Positions 11,640 through 24,906 of a stretch of DNA of 64,000 nucleotides are shown piece by piece. The translations under genes and the position numbers were made by a program. Under the pieces are notes generated by a model. That model was not told the DNA's origin. It ran no database searches and worked only from the letters and a program-made list of their open reading frames with translations. Every line of letters begins with the position of its first letter. Within the stretch, counting starts at the first letter, position 1. The stretch is from contig NC_043004.1 in assembly GCF_006345805.1 (NCBI RefSeq), positions 87,916,001-87,980,000 of the forward strand. Direction: 5' to 3'. The DNA comes from Octopus sinensis. Lineage: Eukaryota.

Positions 11640-12053
11640 TTACTCTTTTACTCTTTTACTTGTTTCAGTCATTTGACTGCGGCCATGCTGGAGCACCGCC
11701 TTTAGTCGAGCAAATCGACCCCGGGACTTATTCTTTGTAAGCCCAGTACTTATTCTATCAGTCTCTTTTGCCGAACCGCTAAGTGACGGGGACTTACAAC
11801 CACACAGCATCGGTTGTCAAGCAATGCTAGGGGACAAACACAGACACACAACACACACACACATACATTATTATATATATAATACTATATAACGACAGGC
11901 TTCTTTCAGTTTCCGTCTACCAAATCCCTCACAAGGCATTGGTCGGCCGGGCTATAGCAGAAGACACTTGCCCAAGATGCCACGCAGTGGGACTGAACCC
12001 GGAACCATGTGGTTGGTTAGCAAGCTACTTACCACACAGCCACTCCTGCGCCT
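11640..12053 (-). mobile_element. CORE-type SINE, full length
   Basis: Near-consensus copy with a (ctctttta)n tail. Confidence 0.85.
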
Positions 12054-12249
12054 ATCGAGTACATCTTCTCGTTACTTAATCAATTACTATTATTATTATC
12101 TCAACTAACATTGCGGATTTCTTGAAGTAGATCCAACGGAAATATACCCTGACTGCAAATGACACCAGCTCATCCAAGCTGTGCCAGTTAACACTTTAAC
12201 GCACTAATCGACATATACCTATTAGTACAAAAATATCAAATATATATTC

Positions 12250-12464
12250 TCTTTTTTTCTCTTTTACTTGTTTCAGTCATTTGACTGCGGCCATGCTGGA
12301 GCACCACCTTTAGTCGAGCAACTCGACCCCGGGACTTATTCTTTGTAAGCCCAGTACTTATTCTATCAGTCTCTTTTTGCCGAACCGCTAGGTGACGGCG
12401 ACATAAACACACCAGCATCGGTTGTCAAGCGATGCTAGGGGGACAAACACAGACATACAAACAT

Positions 12465-12548
<84 letters not shown>

Positions 12549-12710
12549 TTATCAATATAGGGTAGCAAAAAAATTCAAGAAAAATTTTCTGCAACCATAT
12601 ATACATACACATATATATACATATATACGACGGGCTTCTTTCAGTTTCCGTCTACCAAATCCACTCACAAGGCTTTGGTCGGCCCGAGGCTATAGTAGAA
12701 GACACTTGCA
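12250..12710 (-). mobile_element. CORE-type SINE copy with an expanded (CA)n
   Basis: Same family as 11640. Confidence 0.8.
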
Positions 12711-14540
12711 GTTTCCGTTCATCAAATCAACTAAACCATTCACGATCGACCCGAGGCTAAAATAGAAGATACTGGCCTAAGGTAACACGCAGTGGAACTG
12801 AACACAGATCCATGTGGCTGGGAAGTAAACTTCTTACCACACAGCCACGGTTGTGTATCGCTCAATGTATCAGAAATAGCAGCCAAACGTTTCTCAAATC
12901 ACACCTTATTGGCTTGAAAAATATACATTGGTTAATATAATCACAATATCTATCGTCTTTTAGCTTTATATTTTCGTTGTTTCAGATAGCGACCATGATG
13001 TGGCACCACCGTGAAGGGTTTTAGTCGAATTAATCGATCCCAGTATTTTTTTTTGCTTACGTTATGTACTTATAGGTATTGGTTTCCTTTTGTCGAATCG
13101 TTACATTATGAGGGCGTAAACAAAGTAACATCGGTTGTCAAGTGGTGACAGGGAGAACACTGATACAAAGACACATACACATATACAATGGGCTTCTACA
13201 CAGTTCCTGTCTGCCCAAACCTCGCATAATGTATTGGTTGGCCAGGGGTTATAGTAGAAGACACTGTCCGTGGTGCCACGTAGAGAGGACAAACTATGTA
13301 CAGCAATGTATTTTAAGTCCCGCGCTCCATTTTTGATGAAAAATTTAAAACTCAGTGTGGTATCGACTGCATTTGACTTCGTTGGCCCACGAGGAAGAAA
13401 ATAAAAGTTCCTCGGCAGGATTAGAGTTAATATTGGTTTCAAATTTTGGCACACGGGCTGTAATTTCGCGGGAGGGATTAAGTCAACCCTAACTCTAACT
13501 ACATAAATGTTTTGAAATCTTTGTTCGCATCATAATGTCCGTATTTTTCCGCATATTTTGAAAAAGAGAGAAAAAAAATTCTTAAAAGAAAATATTACAA
13601 AATTTTTGGAAAATTTTTTCAGAATCATAATCTCCGTATTTTTCCGCATATTTTGAAAAAGAGAGAAAAAAATTCTGAAAAAGTTAAAAATGAAGGACAT
13701 AGGGGTTGGGAGTGGTAATTTAAAAATGTCGCTTTTTGCCAATTTTTTTTGCAGTTTCGTATTCCCCCGTAGCCGAAAAGGGGGTGGGGTTGTGTCGAAA
13801 AAAAAAAATTAAAGAAAAGGCTGGTTTTTGGTGGGGGGACGGGTGGAAGTCTTGCCCCGGGCGCATTACAACCTTCCCATTTCGAGCGACAGCTCTCTAA
13901 TCGTGACATCAGCTTCAGACTCAGGCGGAGGATCGCAAACTGAAATAGACAGATTTTCTTTTGAACCTAAAGCGGTGAGTCAAAGTTCAACATCTTTCAT
14001 GTGCCACCAAACCACTTCTCTAATGTGTATTTTTTTCTCTTTATATTGTTCAGACAGTAAATAAGGCATGGCTGTGAGGTTAAGAAGTTCGCTTTGTAAC
14101 GAACTAGTTTCAGGTTCAGTTCCACTGCATGGCACTTTGGGCAAGTGCCTTTTACTATAGTCCCAAACCGACAAAAGTGTTGTGATGAATTTGGTAGACG
14201 GAAATGTGGGAAAACCCGTAGCGTATCTATATACACACACTCTCCGTTTTTTCATTCTCTCTCCATTTTTTCCCTCCTATCCCTTTCTGTTGAAGAGCGT
14301 ACTCTCGAAACGTAAAAGACTTCTTCATTTTTCCTGAGCGTCAAACTAATACACCTGCTTGTTGTTCCTACACCTGCCTTCGTCTTTTGTTTTTCTATAA
14401 ATTCGAACTATACACACACACACACGCACACACACACACACACACGCACACACGCACACACGCACACACACACACACACACCACACACACGCACACACGC
14501 GCACACGCACACAAATATACATACATACATACACACACAC

Positions 14541-14640
14541 NNNNNNNNNNNNNNNNNNNNNNNNNNNNNNNNNNNNNNNNNNNNNNNNNNNNNNNNNNNN
14601 NNNNNNNNNNNNNNNNNNNNNNNNNNNNNNNNNNNNNNNN
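14541..14640. other. Assembly gap (100 N)
   Basis: Run of n. Confidence 1.
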
Positions 14641-14796
14641 TAAAGTGTCTTGTTCAAGGAGACAACGCGCCGCCAGGAATTGAACTCATGACCTTACGAT
14701 CGTGAGCCCATTACCCTAACCACTAAGCCACGTGCCTTCACACAATACTAGTGTATGGTAAGGGATATTCAGCTCCTATATATGACTATTTTTTTC

Positions 14797-14890
14797 AGAA
14801 AGTTTAAGGGCACACGTGACTACAGAAAGTCTAAGGGCACACGTGACCATAGAAAGTCTGAGGGCACACGTGACCATAGAAAGTCTAAGG
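14797..14890. repeat. 27-bp minisatellite, about 3.3 copies
   Basis: aagggcacacgtgaccatagaaagtct repeated. Confidence 0.9.
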
Positions 14891-15321
14891 ACCACAGCGC
14901 GATTTGGGCTCAGAAGAAATACACGGCAAAGTATTTTTGTATGTCATTCTACTATTTTTGCTAATTCACTCCTATCTCATCCTTATCTATTATCTGTAAT
15001 AGTCATTGAATTGCTGCCATGTTGGGGCACCACACTGAAGAGCTTAGTCGAACAAACTGACTCCACTACTTGATCTTTTTAAAAGCCTGATACTATTCTT
15101 TTGCCGAAACTGCTAAGTCACGGGAACGTAAACAGACAGACACCGGTTGTCAAGCGGTGATGGGGACAAATACACACATACGTACATACTTATGTACATA
15201 TACGTACGGTTCGATAAAAGAAACCGACAGAATAAGTACTAGGCTTAAAAATATGTCCTGGAGTCGATTTGTTCAAGGTGGTGCTCCCGCATGGCCGCAG
15301 TCAAATGACTGAAACAATATA

Positions 15322-16593
15322 CAGGGGTTGGACAAAATAATGGAAACACCTAGCATCATAGCATCAAAATTTTGAAATATCTATAAAACTGTCAAAAGCT
15401 TATTTATTTTTATGGATTTTGATTTATTATTAGTGTTGCTTAATATGTTTTGTTAAAATTGCTGTTTCTTTTCAGATATCATCAGAAAAAGGTAATTAAT
15501 ATTCATTAAAATGACAGATCTATCTGACCTTCAAAGAGGTCAAATTGTTGGTGCTCGTATGGCAGGCCCTAGCGTAACGAAAACAGCCAAAATGTTTGGT
15601 GCATCAAGAAGTACTGTCTCGAAAGTAATGACAGCCTTTGAGAAAGAGGGAAAAACCTCCTCGTCGAAGCAAAACTCCGGAAGAAAACGAAAGCTTTCAG
15701 ATAAGGATCGTCGGACTCTTAGGCGAATTGTAAGAAAGGATCACAAATGTACAGCTCCCAAAATTACTGCAGAGCTTAATGACTACCTCGAGAACCCAGT
15801 TTCCACAAAAGCTGTTCACCGGGAGCTGCACAAAGCCGGATTTAACGGGAGAGCTGCAATCAGAAAACACTACTTTCAAAAACAAACATTGCAAAGAGTT
15901 CATGGTGGAGTAAAAGCCTGCAAAATTTGTCCCTAGAGCAGTGGAAGAATGTTATTTTCTCGTACGAGTCATCATTTACCTTATTTCCGACCACCGGCCG
16001 AGTATACAGGTGGAAATAACCAAAAGAAGCATTTGACCCAGACTGCTTCCTTCCAACTGTTAAACATGAAGACGGATCTATGAAAATCTGCGGGACTATA
16101 TCTTGGAAATCCACCGGCCCAATGGTTTCCCTTCATGGTAGAATTAATAGTCAAGACTATTCAAGCATTTTGTCTGATCAAATTTATTTTATGGTTGCGG
16201 AACTGTTTCCGGAGGCAAACGCAAGCTTTCAAGATGATAATGCACCAATTCACACGGCTAAAGTTGTTACTGAATGGCACGAGGTACATTCTAGTGAAGT
16301 TGAACATCTTATCTGGCCACCACAGTCCCTAGATCTCAATATTATTGAACATTTATGGTGAATTTTAGAAAAACAAGTAAGGAGTCGATTTCCTCCACCA
16401 TCATCACTACAAGAACTGGAGACTATTTTAGCTGAAGAATGAACAAAAATTCCTTTGGAAACAATTGAAACTTTGTACGAGTCCATACCACATAGAATTC
16501 AAGCTGTAATTACTGCCAAAGGCGGTTCTACGCCATATTAAAATAAATATGTTTGAAATTTCAAGGTGTTTCCATTATTTTGTCCAACCCCTG
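15322..16593 (+). mobile_element. Full-length (1272 bp) Tc1-family transposon with an inactivated transposase
   Basis: Perfect 29-bp TIR caggggttggacaaaataatggaaacacc and TA TSD on both sides. Transposase motifs SGRKRKLS, FQDDNAPIH and WPPQSLDLNIIEHLW (DD34E); stops and frameshifts present. Confidence 0.95.
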
Positions 16594-16598
16594 TATAT

Positions 16599-16655
<57 letters not shown>

Positions 16656-17849
16656 CACGACGAGCTTTTACGTAGTTTCCGCCTATCAAATTCATGTCGC
16701 TGAAAACAAGTCCGGATGTCATAAGCTCTGGACAATGGACGATCCCATAGCGCTTCATCTTTTTCGCCCTATATCACTCATTCTACGTTTCATGCACAAT
16801 GACATTGTTACACAAACTTGAAATTAATGATTGTAAAATACCATTACGTATAACTAGAGAAATATTAAGCGTAATATAAAAGAAATAAGTTTTTAAAATG
16901 TTTGGTATTTCTCACGGCACGTTTTTATTTTACACACCCCTTAACCTTAGAAACTGGCTACACCTCTTATTGCAAAGTAAACTTTTTACGAAACGATTTC
17001 TCATATAACTGCCATATCCGAGTATGAGCGACCAATCACAGCCATGATCTCCTCTTAAAATTTCTTTTTTTTAAAATCTTTTTATTCAGAGATCTTATTT
17101 GTCCGCACCCTTATGTATTAATGTAGTCAGCCCATTGTTTTCTCTTCCTTCTATCACTCCATTGTACTACAAATAATAATAATCCATTCTACAATAGGTA
17201 CAAGGCCTGAAACAGTATAGAAGGAGAAAAATGTAGGGTTAGTTTGCAAGAGATACGAACGCTACGGCCTCGTGTAAATGTTAGCAATCATCATAATCGT
17301 TATCATCATCGTCGAGTGTTTTTGTCCAGACATAGTATATGTAGAATATTATCCAACGTGTTCTTCCATTTTTAATAAATACAAAATATAAAAAAAGGAA
17401 AAGAAAAACCCGACTACTAGGTAAGATTTGAAGGAAATTTGGTTACAATTTTAAATATGATTGGTAACTACGTGGAGGTTACTTTGTCTCGCAACTAATC
17501 GTAATGTTGTGAGGTCAATAAGAAAAGGCGTAAACTTTCTTCCAACTTGGTAGCCGCGTCCATGATTCGCGTTCAAATTCCATAGGAAATGTTTCAGGTT
17601 TAGGTTAACTAACATCACTGAATACCTTGAGTGAGAAATAAAGTGACTGTGTGGTTAAGAATTTCGCTTCGCAATCATGCGGTTTCAGGTTCGGTCCTAC
17701 TGTTCAACATCCCACGCAAGCGTCCTCTGCAATGTCTCCATGTCCTGTCAGTAAATTGGATAGACGGAAACTGTGGAAACTAACTGGCAGTACGTACGGA
17801 TGTATATATACATATATGTTTGTATGTATGTATACATACATACATGAGG

Positions 17850-18235
17850 AGGGTGTTTATTGGACACCCTGCGGGATGAAAAACAAAACCCGTCAAAGGG
17901 TGGGGGAACTCTTGAGAGTCAACGGCCATCCAGTAAATGTCTTAAGGCTGTATCATGCGCGGGGACATAGAAATAAGCGGACTGAATACCCGATCACGCG
18001 GTTAAAGACTCCTAGCCTTTGTTAGGGCATCCTTCTAGGAGAAGGTAACTCAGGTAACTGGGATAACTCCGACATAAAACCTGCGGCTCAGTGGTTACCG
18101 ATGATGTTGACTTGTTCTTCTTTTCGAATTGTGGCTGCTGTTGCTTAGTAAGTGGGATTGACTCAGTCCACAGCCTTTCCTCACTTAAAAAAAATCTTCT
18201 TGCACAGGCATTGCACGATAACAACATTGATTAAG
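17850..18235 (+). mobile_element. RTE-type 5' UTR-derived repeat
   Basis: gggcatccttctaggagaaggtaactc resembles the RTE 5' UTR motif; no ORF. Confidence 0.4.
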
Positions 18236-18543
18236 CTTCGTGCAATGGCCATACTCGATAACGAAGGGGCAGCCACCATATATATATACCCATTCCCTTC
18301 CGGTCATTTCAATATGTGACCGCGCGTGTATCGATGGCGATTTTCTTTCTCCGTCTTCCTATCGTTGGACTTTTTCTATATTTCTGATGAAGAGCTCCGT
18401 TCGAAACGTGAAATCCCCTTTCTTTTCTTTCCTTTCCTGAGCGTCCAATAACACTGTACTTATTCCACGTCCTCACGTTGTTGTTTTTTCTTGCTTGTTC
18501 ATGTTTAGATATATATATATATATATGCACGTTAATTTCACGA

Positions 18544-18591
<48 letters not shown>

Positions 18592-18614
18592 TATTATTAT
18601 ATATATATATATAT

Positions 18615-18998
18615 ATATATGGCACTCCGTCGGTTGCGACGACGAGGGTTCCATTTGATCCGATCAACGGAACAACTTACTCGTGAAATTAACGTGCAAG
18701 TGGCTGAGCACTCCACAGACACGTGTACCCTTAACGTAGTTCTCGGGGAGATTCAGCGTGACACAGAGTGTGACAAGACAGGCCCTTTGAAATACAGGGA
18801 CAACAGAAACAGGAAGAAAGAGTGAGAGAAAATTTTGGTGAAAGAATACAGCAGGATTCGCCACCAATCCTTGTCGAAGCATCGTGGAGCTTAAGGTGTT
18901 TCGCTCAATAAAGACTCACAACGCCCGATTTGGGAATTGAAACTACGATCCTGCGACCACGAGTCCGTTGCCCTAACCTCTGAGCCAGTGCACCTCCA
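18615..18998 (-). mobile_element. tRNA-derived SINE (family R variant, different tail)
   Basis: Shares its head and body with 21147-21445. Confidence 0.7.
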
Positions 18999-19316
18999 CA
19001 CACTCATACACACAAAGACACACAAATCATTGTACATAAAGGAATGTACATAAAAGAGTAATGTTGTATAAGTAATTCTCTTTTTTATATATATTCTACT
19101 TATACAACATTACTCTTTTATGTGCCCTTTTTCATGTACATTCCTTTATGTACAATGATTTGTTCTACTTTTTTATGTTTAACCCTACAGTCTCTTATGT
19201 GGTGGTTATAAAGTATGTGATTGAGTATTATCTGGTAATTGATATTTGATTTAGATGTCTTTCTCCATTTTCTTATCTTGTATATATATATATATATATA
19301 TATTAATATATATATG

Positions 19317-19354
<38 letters not shown>

Positions 19355-19407
19355 TATATATATGTATGTATATATATATTGTATATATATATATGTATAT
19401 ATATGTA

Positions 19408-19467
<60 letters not shown>

Positions 19468-19607
19468 TCTTCAGAAAGATATATACGTATGTAAAATAAT
19501 TGTTGTATCAAAAATAAAATATCTATAAAATATATGTAAATATGTGTATAAGTATAAATATATAATGTATATGACAGTTTAAAATTTTTGAGTGATGTGT
19601 TTAAAGC

Positions 19608-19697
19608 ATCTTACGGTCGTTTCACAGAAGTGCTGTCCATATAATGGAATCCTGTATTGATAAGCATTTATAGGCAACTCTTCTGCTCTTCAGAGAT
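19608..19697 (-). ncRNA. Type I hammerhead ribozyme-like motif
   Basis: atct-CTGAAGA-gcagaagagttgcc...ggacagcacttctgt-GAAAC-gacc-GT-A-agat. Stems I, II and III pair; GUA triplet. Confidence 0.7.
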
Positions 19698-20205
19698 ATA
19701 AAATTTTAATTTTGTATAATATATAATAAAATGGTATTTTTGAAGTAATACTGTAAAATGGTGTTTGTTTGAAATATAATTTAAAAATTAAAAATTACTG
19801 CTTTTGATTTTGGTAAGTACACTTTAGTAAGAGAGTCTTTAAATCCATATATACTTCCTTGGTTAGTCTGCTGTAATAATCCATAGTATTTATGTGTAAA
19901 ATCCATTATATTGTCTTGTGTTCCACACATAGTTCATAGACTTAGATAATATAGAATAATGGAATACTATATTGATAAGCATTTATAGATAAATCTTCTC
20001 TTCAGTTATATCAAATATGAAATTTGTATAATTTTACGAATGGTAGTTTTAAAAAAAATTATGAAGTAATATTGGAAAATGGTGTTTGTTTGAAATATAA
20101 ATTAGAAGAGTTATGTACATACACACACATATGTACATAAATATACACATATATACACATACACACACACATATACATATACATAAACATACATACACAC
20201 CACAG

Positions 20206-20224
<19 letters not shown>

Positions 20225-20237
<13 letters not shown>

Positions 20238-20895
20238 GTATATGAGTGTGTGTCTGTCTGTGTATGTGTTTATCCCTCGCCACCGCTTGATAGCCGGTGT
20301 TGGTGTGCTTACGTCCCCGTAGCTTAGTGGTCTGGTAAAAGAGGCCGATAAGACAAGTACCAGGCGTTAAAATATTAAGTACTGGGATAGATTCGGTCGG
20401 TTAAAAATTGAAGGCGATGCCCCCAGTATAGTCAGTCTAATGATCAAAACAGGTAAAAGGTAAAAGATATGTTTTTAATCTTTTACATGTTTCAGTCATT
20501 AGACTGCAGCCATGCAAGGGTACCACCTTAAAGAATTTTTAGTCGAATGAATCAACCCCAGTACTTATTTTTTTGCAAGCCTGGCACTTATTCTATAGGT
20601 CTCTTTTGCCGAACCGCAAGGTTATACAGACGTCAACAAACCAACACCGGCTGTCAAGCAGTGGTGGGGGATAAACACAAACTCACATGCACACGCACAC
20701 AAACACACACACACAACACACACACACACACACAACACACCACACACACACACACACAAACACGAATTCTTTCAGTTTCCGTCGACCAAATTCACTTACA
20801 AAGTTTTGGTTGACCTGAAGGTCGTATAAGACACTTCCCCAATGAGCCAGGCAATAGGACTGAACCCAGAATCAGATGGTTGGGAAGGAAACTTC
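20225..20895. mobile_element. Tail-to-tail pair of CORE-type SINE copies
   Basis: Plus-strand tail half to about 20465, then a minus-strand copy at 20480-20895. Confidence 0.75.
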
Positions 20896-21103
20896 TTACC
20901 ACGCAGCCATATAGTATTATATATAATATATATTATATATATTACATATATATATATAATATATATATATATAATATATATATATATTATATTATATATA
21001 TTATATATTATATAATATATATATATTATATATATATATTTATATATTATATATATATATATTATATTATATATATAATATATATTATATATTATATATA
21101 TAT

Positions 21104-21136
<33 letters not shown>

Positions 21137-21146
21137 GTATATATGT

Positions 21147-21445
21147 GGAGGCGCAATGGCCCAGTGGTTAGGGCAGCGGCCTCGCGGTCGTAATATCGCG
21201 GTTTCGATTCCCAGACCGGGCGTTATGAGTGTTTATTGAGCGAAAACACCTAAAAGCTCCACAATGCTCCGGCAGGGGGTGGTGATCCCTGGTGTACTCT
21301 TTCACCATTCTTTCTCTCACTCTTCTGTTGGCCTGCTCGCTTAGCCAGCGGGGTGGCGTCATTCGAAAGCTAAAACAATGCGAACGCATTGTGACCAGCG
21401 ATGTGTAACTACATCTGATGGACTGGTCAGTCACGTGATCACGTG
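21147..21445 (+). mobile_element. tRNA-derived SINE (family R)
   Basis: ggcgcaatggcccagtggttaggg (A box) and ggtttcgattccc (B box), tail gtcacgtgatcacgtga; an inverted copy lies at 25917-26215. Confidence 0.85.
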
Positions 21446-21707
21446 ATATATATATATATATATATGTATATGTATACACACACACATATAATATATATAA
21501 TATTAGGGAGTATAACTCCAAACTTACAGGGAAAAATTGAATTTAGTATTAAATCAAATTTCAATATATATATATAACACTATTATATACTGCTTATTAT
21601 TATGTACTTTGTGATCTAGGTTTTATCATATATTTTTATTTTTTTATATGGTATGATTTACGTCTATCATTGTCTGAATTACATAATAGTGATTTTTCTC
21701 TAATTGC

Positions 21708-21759
<52 letters not shown>

Positions 21760-21764
21760 GCGTG

Positions 21765-22800
21765 TGTATGTACTGTCTTGGGGCCACTGCTGTTCATAGT
21801 GGCCCTTTCAGACATGCCCTCAGTTGCTAAGATGGCCACCCTTGCTAGCTATGCAGATGACACAAAATTCTCTCACACAATACAAAGCCCTGGAAATATT
21901 GCACATCTGCAACAGGAGTTGGATACAATATACAGGTGGGCTGAGGACAACAACATGCAGTTTAATGCAGGGAAGTTCCAAGCCCTGCACTACCGGCACA
22001 CAAAACTGAACGACATGCAGACCGGATACACTAGCCCGGGAAGAATTGTAATTCCTGGGTCAAAATCAGTGCGTGACCTGGGCATTGACATGAGCAATGA
22101 TGCATCTTTTCAAGTACATATTACTAATTTGGTAATAAAATACAGACGGCTAGCTGGGTGGATTCTCCGAACTTTCTGAACAAGAGAGAAGGAGACACTG
22201 AGGGTCCTTTGGAAGACATTCTTCCTCGGCCGCTTGGACTACTGCTCCCAATTATGGTCACCACACAGCAGAACTCGAAGCAATCCAACGAAGCTACACT
22301 AAGAAGATCGTCTCAATGCAACATATCAGTTACTGGGAAAGACTGAAAGTATTAAAACTCTTCTCCCTGGAGCGAAGGCAGGAGAGATATGCAGTGATAT
22401 ACATCTGGAAAATCCTGGAGGGTCTTGTCCCGAATTTTGGCATTCAAATTTATCCCAACAGCAGAACGGGGCGCCACTGCATGGTGCCAAAGATCCCAAC
22501 ATCACCATCAAAATACAGGACCAGATACTGCAACAACTTAGGTTTCAGGGGACCACAGCGCTTCAAAATGCCTGAGAAACCTGCATGGTGTGGATGTGGG
22601 TTTCTTGAAAACTAAACTGGATCTCTTCTTGTTCCAGATGAACCTACCTCTCGGCAGGAAACACAGATGCGGGCAGTGGCGTCGAACTCCCTTGTTGATC
22701 AAGTGCCACGTATCAGAGGTGGTTTCACATACTTGTGTAGCTCATTCAACGGTGGTGCCCCAGCATTCGGGCTGAAACATTTTAAAGGATTTAAGGATTT
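21765..22800 (+). mobile_element. 5'-truncated CR1/L2-group LINE: RT C-terminus and 3' end
   Basis: VLGPLLFIVALSDMP...YADDTK...WAEDNNMQFNAGKFQ, RDLGI, LDYCS, SYWERLKVLKLFSLERRQERY; tail (ttaaggat)n. Confidence 0.9.
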
Positions 22801-23183
22801 ATATATATATATATATATATGAGGAAAATTTTATAATTTCGTTAAACCGAAAAGCAATTTCGTTAAATCGAAGAACAAAGATAGGACTTCAGATGAAATA
22901 AATTCAAAGGTATAATGAATAAACGCTTTAATTGGTCAAAACAACTTTATAACACTCCCATATTATCATAAATTGAACATAAATATATATTAAAACATCA
23001 GGGTGTCCAATGGTAAAACCCAATAGTATAAAATATACACATATATATGAATAAAAGGGGATAAAACCTAAAAGAGTAATACGGGTGAAATTGAATGAAG
23101 AAAAATATATAGATTAAATTAACGCAGAATAAAAGCGACTAAAATTTTAAGGCAATGAAGCTAAAATAATATACATACATACA

Positions 23184-23262
<79 letters not shown>

Positions 23263-24059
23263 GAAATTTACAGAAAAAACAAAAGACGAAGGCGGGTGTA
23301 TAAACAACAAATAGGTGTCTTAGTTTGACGCTCGGGAAAGTGAGAAAGTGTTTTACGTTTCGAGCCTACGCTCTTCAGCAGAAAGGAATAAGAGAAAATA
23401 AATAGAGAGAGAATAAAAAAAAAAACGTGTAAGTTTAGCTATCTTTTTCATATGAATTGACCCTCGTCTGCGTATGTATATATCATGGTGTACCTATGCG
23501 CGTAGACACATGTGCGTACATACATACGTACGCACATAATACATACATGCATACATAGATATATAGTTGTATATGTATATATGCGTATATATATACGTAT
23601 CTACATCTATGTATGTTATATGTATACGTATGCAAATAATAATTGAGAAGGAAGTCTTATGAATTACTAGAATGTCTTTTGTATCTGATAATGATGTTTG
23701 TTTAATACAGCCTGTCAACCAACACTTTAAAGTAAGGCCAGCCGAGTCATTAAATTGCATATATAAAGATTATTTGAATGCCTTACAACGTTGCAAGCTT
23801 GCTAACTACACATAGTGTGTTTTTAAACAAACTAAGAGGACAACAAAGAACTGTGTCAACATGAATATGACTCTGATAAAAGCACGTAATCTACATACAG
23901 TCTACTCTCTCTCTTACTCGAAAGAGGAACAAACACATTGAAGAGAGTAGCTTTTGATATAATATTATGCATACATACATACATACATACATACATACAT
24001 ACATACATACATACATACAAACATACGTACGTACATGCATGCATACATACACGTATGTA

Positions 24060-24895
24060 TATAGATATGTATTTATCTCTCTTCTATTTTTAAATTATAA
24101 ATTTTCCCCTGAGGATGGAGCCGGTTTCCAACAAAAAGACAAGGCTCCATCTTTGGGATGTAGTTAAGATAGACAAATTCACATTTGGAACTTGAGAAAA
24201 GTCTTGCATATTTTTATTATTCCGCTCGCAGATTGCACTTGTAATGTACTAATTAGCCGGTCAATTTCTTTTCTGAAAATCACCCCAGTTTATCCAGAAT
24301 CTCCTTTAAGCATTTACTAACAAAACCTATTGCTCCAATTATTATTGGTATGAATATGAATTCAATTTGGATATAGGAGCTGGAGGATTTGAAGCAGTTG
24401 TCCATAGATATTCTCTTTTTCCTTGATTTTCAAAGAGATATCTATATCTGCAGGGCAGTTGACCTTTATGACGGTACATACCTTTGCTGCTCTGTCCCAA
24501 ACGACAATATCCGGCCTTTTATGTTTACATTTGACAGACGTTTTGATGGAAATATTCCACCAGTATTCCTTGAGTTGGTGTTTATGAATGTATTCCATAA
24601 CAGAGGGATTTTCTAAGTTTATTTCAGGACAGTCTTTTTTGCGGATGGCATTGCAAATTGTTTTAGTGACAACATTGTGCCAAATAGGGACGTAGTACCG
24701 TGATGATATTCTAGGACAGCTGCTAATCATGTGCGTGATGTCTTCCACAGAAACATGACATATCCTACACATGTGGTTGCACCTTGGGATTACAAGAGCG
24801 TCACTGTTTCTATTATTCACCAGGCACTTTGTAGCAATCTCCTGTTCCTGGATTGCAAACACATAGCCTTCAAAGTGTGTTGTGATGTAGTAGTT
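24060..24895 (-). mobile_element. 5'-truncated RLE-type non-LTR retrotransposon (R4/Dong-like)
   Basis: FEGYVFAIQEQEIAT, CCHC finger CRICHVSVEDITHMISSC, PD-(D/E)xK region HKRPDIVVWD...IKVNCP, IPIIIGAIG; ends in (TATG)n. Confidence 0.88.
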
Positions 24896-24906
24896 TTGCG
24901 TCCAAG

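Noticed and set aside
21147-21220. tRNA gene
   Set aside because: It is the head of a multi-copy SINE with body and tail; the cloverleaf is degenerate. The same applies to the other SINE heads.
23728-23748. Plus-strand micro-exon PVNQHFK, and similar isolated AG..GT pairs (about 13900-13973, 16950-16976)
   Set aside because: Such pairs are expected by chance in 64 kb, and there is no homology or chain support.
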